Assembly: GCA_963663765.2 (NCBI GenBank)
Contig: CAXXUA010000003.1
Coordinates: forward strand, 160,001 to 224,000
Direction of reading: 5' to 3'
Length of the DNA stretch: 64,000 nt
Source: Candidatus Poribacteria bacterium
GTDB lineage: Bacteria; Poribacteria; WGA-4E; WGA-3G
Position numbers and translations under genes: made by a program. This document shows positions 30,371 through 39,838 of this stretch, one piece after another. The notes beneath the pieces are model-generated. The model was not told the origin of the DNA, made no database searches, and saw only the letters and a program-made list of their open reading frames with translations. Position 1 is the first letter of the stretch. Every line of letters begins with the position of its first letter.

Positions 30371-30566
30371 TAATATAGTGTTTCTGTAGATGGGGAAAAT
30401 TGGGTTGAAAACTTCTACTACAAGAGTACATTTCGACAATTGAATGCCTCTGAATATAGGTAATTCATGTATTATATTTTCATTTATTATGCTATTATAT
30501 TGTAGACAAGGTTATGAAGTTCACACAACATATCTTATTGAAAAAATTGTTTCTTGGATACAAAAA

Positions 30567-31775
30567 ATGAAAATCTCTAAAAAATCAATCCTAATCTTAG
30601 TTATAATAGTTTCCGCGTGGACATTCGCGTTTTTTACAATACGCCATTGGTATATTCATTCAGTAAAAATTCCAGCACGTGTGAAATCACTCAGTCCAAT
30701 TGCCGAGTTTACCATTGGTGCTAACATTGGCGGTTATTACATTGGAGATCGAATTGACGTAATTGCATTTTCACCAACAAACCCAGACCTTATTGCAGTC
30801 GCCGGATGGGAAGACGAAATACAGCTGTGGAACATAAACAATACAGAAACACCAGAAGCAAAACTAACTGGTCATGTTGGTACAGAGATTGTATCAAATT
30901 CTAGTGTTAATTGCCTCGTATTCTTACAGTCAGGAGAACAGCTTGCATGTAAAACATATAGTACATTCAGTCTTTGGAGTATACCTTCCGGTAAGTTATT
31001 AAATACAAATTCCCTTGATATGCGTTCTTTCTCATCTACTATTTCTCCCGTTACTCCAATTCTCGCTACGGGTTTGCATGATGTGAAACTTTGGGATCTT
31101 AGCGACCCAAATGAGATAAAAGGAACAGTTGTATTACCGCCAAAGTTGGGACAACAAGCAATATCACACGAAGATGTAATATGGACTTCAGGGCATTTAT
31201 CAAAACGTGCGACAAAACACCATAATGAAACAATAAATCAGAAGTATAAATTTATTGATTTTTCACATGATGGGAAATGGCTTGCTGCGGGTGGAGAAAT
31301 GCATGACTATGACCGAAAAATAGCACTTGACATGGTAAAAATTTGGGATCTAAATACTAAGCAGCTATTCAAGATTATTAAGAGTGATCTACCGGATGAC
31401 TTTAAACTTGGTTACTATTATGCAGACATTTATACTATCAAATTTTCACCGGATAACCGTTTTTTCGCAGTCGCACATAAAAGCGGATTGACAATTTGGT
31501 CACTTCCTGAATGGAATATATACCGTAAAGTAGATGAACCGGGCATCTTTGATATAGCATTTTCACCTAATGGCAATATGTTCGCAACTGCGGGTCGTAA
31601 ATTAAAAATCTGGTTAACAGAAAGTAAAACGCCAATTGAATTATATGAAAATGAGTTTGCTTTTGCCCACCCACGTATAATTACTTTTTCTCCAGATGGC
31701 AGTTTCCTTGCGGGGGGTTATTCTGATGGATTTGTTCAGATCTGGAATATGAGGAATATAGCGGAATATAAATGA
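30567..31775 (+). CDS. Membrane-anchored WD40 repeat protein (head of array)
   Basis: N-terminal TM; multiple FSP(D/N)G...(I/V)(K/Q)(L/I)W(D/N) repeats; stop overlaps next ATG. Confidence 0.88.
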   Translation: MKISKKSILILVIIVSAWTFAFFTIRHWYIHSVKIPARVKSLSPIAEFTIGANIGGYYIGDRIDVIAFSPTNPDLIAVAGWEDEIQLWNINNTETPEAKLTGHVGTEIVSNSSVNCLVFLQSGEQLACKTYSTFSLWSIPSGKLLNTNSLDMRSFSSTISPVTPILATGLHDVKLWDLSDPNEIKGTVVLPPKLGQQAISHEDVIWTSGHLSKRATKHHNETINQKYKFIDFSHDGKWLAAGGEMHDYDRKIALDMVKIWDLNTKQLFKIIKSDLPDDFKLGYYYADIYTIKFSPDNRFFAVAHKSGLTIWSLPEWNIYRKVDEPGIFDIAFSPNGNMFATAGRKLKIWLTESKTPIELYENEFAFAHPRIITFSPDGSFLAGGYSDGFVQIWNMRNIAEYK

Positions 31776-33859
31776 AAAATAAAAAACGATTACTCTTTTT
31801 ACTGACTTTAGTTATTGTGGTAGTTGGTGTTGTAGTCTTTTTCATCTCTCGTCCGCACCATGAGGAATTGCTCCCTCAGACATTCGCGGAGCTGCCAGAC
31901 AAACCTAAACTCATTGCGGCATTTAATCACAGTGCAACGCTTAATTCTGACATAGTTTACCCAGAAGGTTTTTCTTCAGAATCAGCACCACGAATTTATG
32001 CTGTCTCATTTTCCCCGATAGATGCTTCTCTCATAGCATGTATCAATGGAGGTGGGACCATAAATGTGTGGAACATAAACAACACTAAAAAACCAATAAG
32101 AACTCTTAAACATCCTGGCGTATTTCCATTCTTCAGTTTCTCACCTACAGGTAAACTGATTGCCAGTGCTGGTTCTGGGAAACTCGTATTGTGGGACGTT
32201 GCTTCAGGAAGCAAAATGAATACGCTTGAAAGTACGAATGATTTTGCTTTTTCTCCAGATGGAAATCAACTCGCTATAGTCCTAAATGGAGTGAAATTGT
32301 TAGATATTCGTAATCCAAAGAAAATCACGCAAATAGCCACTCTATCTTTTGACGAGGCACATAAGGTGAAAGATAGGGCATGTGCAGTTGGCATTTCATC
32401 CGATGGTAAATGGATTGCTACCGGATATTCGCACGGAACTATAAATGTATGGGATTTAAAGACCAGACAACTTGCCAAAACCTTAGAAACGCCGCTGGCG
32501 GAGATGGAATACCTCAAGTTTTCACCAGACAACAAACTTTTAGCATGTGGAGGACCGCAGTTAATATTCAGAGACAATCAATACTGGCAAGGACCACGCC
32601 CTTGGAACTGTATCATGTGGGAATTATCGAGTTGGAAACGGTACGGGGAGGTACAGCGCGGACATCTTGACAACCTTGCGTTTTCACCGGATGGGAAGAT
32701 GTGTGCCTATGCAAATTCGTGGCCTGCTCTTAAGAACGGTGTTGAGATATGGAACGTTGAAAGCGGTGCGCCAATAGTTTCATTACCGATAGAAACACCT
32801 ATTGTTGCGTTTTCACCGGATGGGAAGATGCTCGCTACTGGGAATGAAGATGGTATTGTTCAGTTGTGGGGACTGACATCTCAACATTTAGAACTTCCAA
32901 AAACGGATTCCGATGTCGTACGAATAATTTACTTCCCAGATATAATTTACTTCTTAGATAAGGATAAAAAACTCCGACCAAACATTACCGCAAAAATAGA
33001 TAAGGCGATAAGAGCAGCACAAGACTACTACGCGGATGAGATGGAACGCCACGGATTCGGTAGAAAAACTTTTACGTATGAGACAGATGAAAATGGAAAA
33101 ACAAAGATATATCTGGGTACAAACAAACAAGTTGAACATGCTAATTTTTCAAAAGGTCTCTGGCTTGCAGTTTCAGACAAATTATTAGATACTCCCTTGC
33201 CAGTTATAGAATTACTCTATACTGACGATAATGAGAGATTTGAGTACGCCAGCAATGATAACTATTCTACTAAAGACAACATCCGGCACAACGTAATTAA
33301 AGGATACACTCATGCACAACTTATTTATACGTCCTTAAATGACCTCAAGCGGAAGCCTCTTGCGTATGTTCTTAGAGATAGCTTTGGTTTAACCTATACT
33401 CCTCTTCAGCATAAGCCAAACTTTTTGAAACGCCTCTTCAACAGAGTTAACGATAAGATGCCTTGGGGTAAAAGATGGGCAAAACTGTCCAAATGTGAAG
33501 CAGAATGGTTAGACAAGAGCCGCTTTTTCAATCCGAATCAACCTTTCTTTGACAATACCCCAAAGATGGAAATGCGTGTATCCCTTCCTAAAGCAAGTGG
33601 TCTGCGACACTTCATTTTTGAGGTTGCAGATGCGGATGGGATGCAACAAGCACAACTGCTTATACCGATAAATATGGATAGTCAAAGATGGATAAAGAGG
33701 TTTTACGAATGCCAAGCACTAAACGGCAAAGATAAAGCAACTATTACATTTGAAATATCTAATCCCGCAATAGAGACTGTTGTACTTCGGATGATTGACA
33801 TGCATGGAAATATCGCATCACGAGAATTCATGATTGAGAAAAAAACGGATGAAAAATAA
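31772..33859 (+). CDS. TM-WD40-degenerate metallopeptidase-like protein, array copy 1
   Basis: TM, ~7 WD40 blades, conserved YADEMERHGFGRKTF...LSKCEAEWLDKSRFFN...RMIDMHGNIASR. Confidence 0.88.
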   Translation: MKNKKRLLFLLTLVIVVVGVVVFFISRPHHEELLPQTFAELPDKPKLIAAFNHSATLNSDIVYPEGFSSESAPRIYAVSFSPIDASLIACINGGGTINVWNINNTKKPIRTLKHPGVFPFFSFSPTGKLIASAGSGKLVLWDVASGSKMNTLESTNDFAFSPDGNQLAIVLNGVKLLDIRNPKKITQIATLSFDEAHKVKDRACAVGISSDGKWIATGYSHGTINVWDLKTRQLAKTLETPLAEMEYLKFSPDNKLLACGGPQLIFRDNQYWQGPRPWNCIMWELSSWKRYGEVQRGHLDNLAFSPDGKMCAYANSWPALKNGVEIWNVESGAPIVSLPIETPIVAFSPDGKMLATGNEDGIVQLWGLTSQHLELPKTDSDVVRIIYFPDIIYFLDKDKKLRPNITAKIDKAIRAAQDYYADEMERHGFGRKTFTYETDENGKTKIYLGTNKQVEHANFSKGLWLAVSDKLLDTPLPVIELLYTDDNERFEYASNDNYSTKDNIRHNVIKGYTHAQLIYTSLNDLKRKPLAYVLRDSFGLTYTPLQHKPNFLKRLFNRVNDKMPWGKRWAKLSKCEAEWLDKSRFFNPNQPFFDNTPKMEMRVSLPKASGLRHFIFEVADADGMQQAQLLIPINMDSQRWIKRFYECQALNGKDKATITFEISNPAIETVVLRMIDMHGNIASREFMIEKKTDEK

Positions 33860-35834
33860 AAAAATATTACTCATACTTGTGGTTTTGGTTATAGCAGTTG
33901 TTGGTGTTGTAGTCTTTTTCATCACTCAACCACAGCACGAGGAATTGCTCCCACAATCATTCGCGGAGTTACCAACAAAACCTAAGCTCATTGCCGAATT
34001 TCATAATGGACCAAGTGTTTATTCTGTCGCGTTTTCTCCCGCAGATTCATCTCTGTTAGCGAGTATTGATCAAAATGGCACCATCAAGTTATGGGACATT
34101 AACAACACGATAGACCCTGTGAAAAAACTCAGTCACCCCGACTTTTTTCCCTCCATTGGTTTTTCACCTACAGGTAAGTTTCTCGTAAGTGCCAGTACGA
34201 CATTTGTATTATGGGATGTTGTTACTGGAATGAAATTATTCTCCCTTGGTGGAACAAGCGGTCAATTCGCATTTTCACCCGATGGGAACATTCTCGCGAT
34301 ACCAAAAACACATATTACACTTTGGGATATCCGTGATTCTGATAACATAAAAGATATAGGAATCTTACCTTACGAACCATCAGAGGGACTTCATAATTGG
34401 GGTGCGCGGGCAGTAGACTTTTCGCCAGATGGGAAATGGATTGCCGTCGCACATAATAACGGGACTGTGAACGTATGGGATTTCCAAAGTCAGCAAATTG
34501 TCAAGACTTTAAATACAAATTGGCGTGACATAGATTATCTGAAGTTTTCACCTAATAATAGATTCATGTGTGTAGGTGGTAGTGAAAATCAAAATGTCAG
34601 GACTAAAGGTTACATCATGTGGGAATTACCGAGTTGGCAACGTTACGGTGAGGTGCAGCGTGGAAACATTAATAATTTAGTCTTCTCTCCAAATGGAAAA
34701 GTGTGTGCTGGTGCAAATAATCATCCTTTTTCAGGTAGAGGCATTGAACTTTGGTCCGTTGAAAGTGGCGCACCAATCACCTTTTTACCGACACACGCGC
34801 GAGATGCGGCATTTTCAAAGGATGGGAATTACATTACCACCTGCCGAGACGATGGCACGATTCAACTGTGGGAGCTCACTTCACAGCACCAATCGTTAGC
34901 AACACTTCCTTCGGATGTTGTAAAGGTAATATACTTTCCGCCGAGAGATAAAGAACCTTACCCTAACATTACACAAAAAATAGATAAAACAATAAAAAAG
35001 GTTCAAGAGTTTTACGCAGATGAGATGGAACGCCACGGATTCGGCAGAAAAACATTTACGTTTGAAACAGATGAAAATGGAAAAGCCAAGGTTTATCTTG
35101 TCAAAAAAGGACAATCTGACGATTTTGTTTTGCCAAGCGATGCATGGATCGCTGTTATAGATGACATATCCGAGTTTTTATTCGCTATTCAGCTATTGAA
35201 TATAGCCGTTGGTCAGAAAAAAATATTTAGATACCCAAGAGTTGAAGATTATACTACTAAAGACAATATTTGGTTGGATGACATTGAAGGGGTTACGCCT
35301 GGAAATATTGTCTACACTACAACAAAAGAACTAAAACGTGAATCTGTTGCCTATACACTTAGGGATGCTTTCGGTATACCCAATCTTCCCACTCAGCATA
35401 AGCCAAACATTTTGAAACGCCTCTTCAACGGAGTTAACAATAAGATGCCTTGGGCGAAACTGTCCAAATGTGAAGCAGAATGGTTAGACAGGAATCGCTT
35501 TTTCAATCCGAATCAACCTTTCTTTGACAAAACCCCAAAGATGGATATGCGTGTATCAATCCCTAAAGACAGCAGTTTGCGAGACTTCATATTTGAGGTT
35601 GCAGATGAAGATGGCATGCACCAAGCACAACTGTTGATACCGATAGATATGGAACGTCAAAGGTGGAGAAAGAGGTTTTACGAATGTCAAGCACTAAACG
35701 GCAAAGATAAAGCAACTATTACGTTTGAAATATCTAATCCCGCAATAGAGACTGTTGTACTTCGGATGATTGATATGCATGGCAACATTGCATCTCGAGA
35801 ATTTATAATTGAGGAAAAAACGGATGAAAAATAA
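33849..35834 (+). CDS. TM-WD40-degenerate metallopeptidase-like protein, array copy 2
   Basis: Same architecture; start MKNKKIL overlaps previous stop. Confidence 0.88.
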   Translation: MKNKKILLILVVLVIAVVGVVVFFITQPQHEELLPQSFAELPTKPKLIAEFHNGPSVYSVAFSPADSSLLASIDQNGTIKLWDINNTIDPVKKLSHPDFFPSIGFSPTGKFLVSASTTFVLWDVVTGMKLFSLGGTSGQFAFSPDGNILAIPKTHITLWDIRDSDNIKDIGILPYEPSEGLHNWGARAVDFSPDGKWIAVAHNNGTVNVWDFQSQQIVKTLNTNWRDIDYLKFSPNNRFMCVGGSENQNVRTKGYIMWELPSWQRYGEVQRGNINNLVFSPNGKVCAGANNHPFSGRGIELWSVESGAPITFLPTHARDAAFSKDGNYITTCRDDGTIQLWELTSQHQSLATLPSDVVKVIYFPPRDKEPYPNITQKIDKTIKKVQEFYADEMERHGFGRKTFTFETDENGKAKVYLVKKGQSDDFVLPSDAWIAVIDDISEFLFAIQLLNIAVGQKKIFRYPRVEDYTTKDNIWLDDIEGVTPGNIVYTTTKELKRESVAYTLRDAFGIPNLPTQHKPNILKRLFNGVNNKMPWAKLSKCEAEWLDRNRFFNPNQPFFDKTPKMDMRVSIPKDSSLRDFIFEVADEDGMHQAQLLIPIDMERQRWRKRFYECQALNGKDKATITFEISNPAIETVVLRMIDMHGNIASREFIIEEKTDEK

Positions 35835-37830
35835 AAAAATATTACCCTTACTCATGGTTTTGGTTATAGCAATTGTTGGTGTTGCAGTCTTTTTCATCTC
35901 TCGACCACAGCGAGAGGAATTGCTCCCACAAACATTCGCGGAGCTGCCAGAAAAACCTAAACTCATCGCGGAATTTCATCACGGTGCCACACTTGATACT
36001 GATGGGATTGCTCCAGGTACTCCAGAAGGTTTTTCTGTTGCAGACGCTAGACCGATTTATTCTGTTGCATTTTCCCCAGTAGATGCTTCTCTCGTAGCAA
36101 GTATCAATGGAGGTGGGACCATAAATGTGTGGAACATAAACAACACTAAAAAACCAATAAGAACTCTTAAACATCCTGGCGTATTTCCATTCTTCAGTTT
36201 CTCACCTACAGGTAAACTGATTGCCAGTGCTGGTTATGGGAAACTCGTATTGTGGGATGTCGCATCAGGAAAGAAAGTCAGTACCCTTGAGACATCTTCT
36301 AATCAATTCGCATTTTCACCCGATGGGAACATTCTCGCGATACCAAAAACACATATTACACTTTGGGATATCCGTGATTCAGATAACATAAAAGATATAG
36401 GATTCTTGCCTTACGAACCACCAGAAGGTCTGCATAATTGGGGTGCGCGGGCAGTAAACTTTTCGCCAGATGGGAAATGGATTGCCGTCGCACATAATAA
36501 CGGGACTGTGAACGTATGGGATTTCCAAAGAAACCAAATTGCCAAGACTTTGACAACGCCATTTATTAATATAGAATTCTTGAAGTTTTCGCCAAACACC
36601 AGATTCTTGTATGTAGGAGGTAAAGAGTGGAAAAATCACGGTTCTCAAGGCTACATAATGTGGGATTTATCAAACTGGCAACCCCACGGTGAGGTGTTAC
36701 GTGGAAACATTGATAATTTAGTGTTCTCCCCAAATGGAAAAGTGTGCGTCAGCGCGAATGACCAGTCTTTTTCAGGAAGAGGTGTTGAACTTTGGTCAGT
36801 GGAAAGTGGCACACCAATTACCTTTTTACCGACACAGGCGCGAGATGCCGCATTTTCAAAAGATGGGAACTACCTTGCCACTGGAGGACAGGAGGGTATT
36901 CTCCAACTGTGGGAATTTACTCCACAGCAATTAGAATTGTCTACTAACCAAAACGATGTCGTAAGACTAATGTTTTTGTTGCCCAAAGACAAAGATAACC
37001 CGGTAAACCTAATCGCAAAACTTGATAAATCTATAAGAGAAACACAAGATTTTTACGCGGATGAGATGGAACGCCACGGATTCGGCAGAAAAACATTTAC
37101 TTTTGAAACCGATGAAAATGGAAAAGCAAAGGTCTATCTTGTCAAAGAAGACAATACAAAGAATTATGAAATGATTAAGAACTTAGGCATAACAGGTTTT
37201 AATGAGACATTTCGGTACCCCACCCATGGTGGGCATACTGTCAAAAACAATATCTGGTTTGACGAAATTGAAGGAAGCACACCTGGCAGGATTGTATTTA
37301 TTTCTACTAAAGACCTCAATCGAAAATCTATTGCGTATGTCCTCAGGGATGCGTTCGGTTTACCTTATGATAAGCCTGAGTATGAACGCAATGTTTTCAA
37401 ACGTCTTTTTTTCCGTTTTAACGATAAGATGCCATGGGGAAAAAGGTGGGCAAAACTGTCTAAATGTGAGGCTGAATGGTTAGATAAGAGTCGTTTCTTT
37501 AACCCGAACCAACCCTTCTTTGACAAACGACCTGATATAAAAATAAACGTGTCTCCATCGGATGTCCTTAATACACGAAACTTTAAATTTGAGGTTTCGG
37601 ATCAGAATGGCATGCACCAAGCACAGTTGTTCGTACCGAGAGATATTAAAAATCAATGGAAGGTAGAAAAATTCTATGACTACCAATCAATAAACGGTAA
37701 AGATAAGACAACCGTTGTATTTGAAATATCTGATCCTGAAATAAAAAATGTTAAGCTTCGAATAATTGACATGCATGGAAACATTGCATCACGAATATTT
37801 AGAATTAAGGAAAAATCAGATGAAAAATAA
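35824..37830 (+). CDS. TM-WD40-degenerate metallopeptidase-like protein, array copy 3
   Basis: Same architecture; mosaic of segments found in copies 5, 1, 4 and 2. Confidence 0.88.
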   Translation: MKNKKILPLLMVLVIAIVGVAVFFISRPQREELLPQTFAELPEKPKLIAEFHHGATLDTDGIAPGTPEGFSVADARPIYSVAFSPVDASLVASINGGGTINVWNINNTKKPIRTLKHPGVFPFFSFSPTGKLIASAGYGKLVLWDVASGKKVSTLETSSNQFAFSPDGNILAIPKTHITLWDIRDSDNIKDIGFLPYEPPEGLHNWGARAVNFSPDGKWIAVAHNNGTVNVWDFQRNQIAKTLTTPFINIEFLKFSPNTRFLYVGGKEWKNHGSQGYIMWDLSNWQPHGEVLRGNIDNLVFSPNGKVCVSANDQSFSGRGVELWSVESGTPITFLPTQARDAAFSKDGNYLATGGQEGILQLWEFTPQQLELSTNQNDVVRLMFLLPKDKDNPVNLIAKLDKSIRETQDFYADEMERHGFGRKTFTFETDENGKAKVYLVKEDNTKNYEMIKNLGITGFNETFRYPTHGGHTVKNNIWFDEIEGSTPGRIVFISTKDLNRKSIAYVLRDAFGLPYDKPEYERNVFKRLFFRFNDKMPWGKRWAKLSKCEAEWLDKSRFFNPNQPFFDKRPDIKINVSPSDVLNTRNFKFEVSDQNGMHQAQLFVPRDIKNQWKVEKFYDYQSINGKDKTTVVFEISDPEIKNVKLRIIDMHGNIASRIFRIKEKSDEK

Positions 37831-39838
37831 AAAAATATTACTCTTACTCATGGTTTTAGTTATAGCAGTTGTTGGTGTTGTAGTCTTTTTCATCTCTCGA
37901 CCACAGCACGAGGAATTGCTTCCACAGACATTCGCGGAATTACCTGAAAAGCCTAAACTCATCGCGACATTTCATCACGGTGCAACGCGTAATTCTGAAA
38001 CGGTTTACCCAGAAAATATTTCTCATGTTTCAGCTTTACAAATTTATTCAGTCGCATTTTCTCCAGTAGATTCCTCTCTGATAGCGAGTGTTAATGGAGC
38101 TGGTACCATAAAGTTATGGAACATAAACAATACCAAAGAATCTGTAAAGAGTTTAGGACATCCTGGAATATTTCCATACATAGGTTTTTCACCCAACGGA
38201 AAATTACTCGCTAGTGCTGGCTGGAAACTCATATTGTGGGATGTCGCATCAGGAAAGAAAGTCAGTACCCTTGAGACATCTTACGATCAATTCGCTTTTT
38301 CTCCAGATGGACAACAACTCGCAACGATTCCTAATAATGAAGTTAAACTCTGGGATATTCGCAATCCAAAGAAAGTCACACATATAGCTACACTACCTTT
38401 TGATGAGACACATAAAGGTAAAGGTTGGGCATGTGCGGTTGGCATTTCATCCGATGGTAAATGGATTGCTGTCGGATATTCCCAAGGAACTATAAACGTA
38501 TGGGATTTAAAGACCAGACAACTTGTCAAAACCTTAGAAACATCTTTTTATAATATGGATTATATAAAGTTTTCACCTAACAACAAATATATGGTTAGTG
38601 GTGGTCAGGAAGAGGACATGTACAGTACTGCAAATGGGAAGGGTTACATTATGTGGGAAACGCCAAGTTGGCAACGGAAGGGCGAGGTACTACGCGGACA
38701 TGTCGAAAATCTGGCATTCTCCCCCGACGGAAAAATGTGTGTGAGCGCGAATCTTTTTTATCTCTATGGAAGGGGCGTAGAAATCTGGTCAACTACGAAT
38801 GGTGCACCAATTGCTTCATTACCAACAGAGGCAACAGATGTTTCATTTTCACAAGATGGAACCCTTATCGTCACTGGAGGCAACGATGGTTTCGTCCGAG
38901 TATGGGAACTCACACAGTCACAATTAGATATAGATAAAATCCGTAACGATGTCGTGCGATTAGTATACTACCTGCCTAAAGATAAGAAACCTTCACCAAA
39001 CATTACACAAAAAATAGATAAAACCATAATAGAGGTCCAAAAGCACTACGCGGATGAAATGGAACGTCACGGATTCGGTATAAAAACATTTACGTTTGAA
39101 ACCGATGAAAATGGCAAAGCCAAAATATATCGCATAAAAGAAATACCAATCGAACCACATAATTTGCAGTTGAACGATCTCTGGCTTGTTTTTGTAGATG
39201 AAAAGAACGATATCCCTCATATTGATAACATAGTAAAACGCCTCAAATCAACTGGACGTAGTTATAGTCGTTTTGATAATCCATTTACGTTTCCTACAAG
39301 GTGGAAGGGTATTGATAATGACAAAATCAGGATGGGAAAAATTAAGGGAATCATAGGAGATGGCAGTTTTATCTATGCAAAAAAGAATGGCTTCGATTGG
39401 AAGTTAACAGCATATTCACTTAAGCGTCTGTTTAAGGTATTAGGTGAGCAACATAGTTTACATAAGTATGAGCGATATGAAGCAGAATGGCTGGATAAGA
39501 GTCGTTTCTTTAACCCAAACCAACCTTTCTTTGATAAACGACCAGAAATTGAGATGGACGTATTAAAAGCAGATACAGCCTCGCCACTTTTCCAATTTAC
39601 CATTGCTGATGAAGATGGAATACACCAACTCCAATTGTTTGTCCCTAAAGATACAGAAAGCTCAAGTCGATTCAACAAGATTCAAGGTTGTCAAGCACTT
39701 AACGGTGAGAAGAAAGCTAACGTTGAATTTGAAATATCCAACCCCAACATAAAAAATGGTGAAATTCGCATGATTGATATGCATGGAAATATCGCATCAC
39801 GGGAATTCTGGATTGAGGAAAAAACGGATGAAAAATAA
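37820..39838 (+). CDS. TM-WD40-degenerate metallopeptidase-like protein, array copy 4
   Basis: Same architecture; lacks the KRLF...MPWG...LSKC segment (in-frame deletion). Confidence 0.88.
   Translation: MKNKKILLLLMVLVIAVVGVVVFFISRPQHEELLPQTFAELPEKPKLIATFHHGATRNSETVYPENISHVSALQIYSVAFSPVDSSLIASVNGAGTIKLWNINNTKESVKSLGHPGIFPYIGFSPNGKLLASAGWKLILWDVASGKKVSTLETSYDQFAFSPDGQQLATIPNNEVKLWDIRNPKKVTHIATLPFDETHKGKGWACAVGISSDGKWIAVGYSQGTINVWDLKTRQLVKTLETSFYNMDYIKFSPNNKYMVSGGQEEDMYSTANGKGYIMWETPSWQRKGEVLRGHVENLAFSPDGKMCVSANLFYLYGRGVEIWSTTNGAPIASLPTEATDVSFSQDGTLIVTGGNDGFVRVWELTQSQLDIDKIRNDVVRLVYYLPKDKKPSPNITQKIDKTIIEVQKHYADEMERHGFGIKTFTFETDENGKAKIYRIKEIPIEPHNLQLNDLWLVFVDEKNDIPHIDNIVKRLKSTGRSYSRFDNPFTFPTRWKGIDNDKIRMGKIKGIIGDGSFIYAKKNGFDWKLTAYSLKRLFKVLGEQHSLHKYERYEAEWLDKSRFFNPNQPFFDKRPEIEMDVLKADTASPLFQFTIADEDGIHQLQLFVPKDTESSSRFNKIQGCQALNGEKKANVEFEISNPNIKNGEIRMIDMHGNIASREFWIEEKTDEK

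Larger units (their letters stand above)
29142..30452. mobile_element. 1.3-kb ORF-less composite element with nested MITEs
   Basis: TIRs cagaggtattcaattgtc / gacaattgaatgcctctg (17/18); flanks aatataaggt / aatataggt; a third end-like copy at ~29577. Confidence 0.6.

Noticed and set aside
28329-30452. tRNA-Gly as integration site of an island carrying the array
   Set aside because: No integrase and no duplicated tRNA 3' end found; the tRNA 3' side abuts the TPR gene
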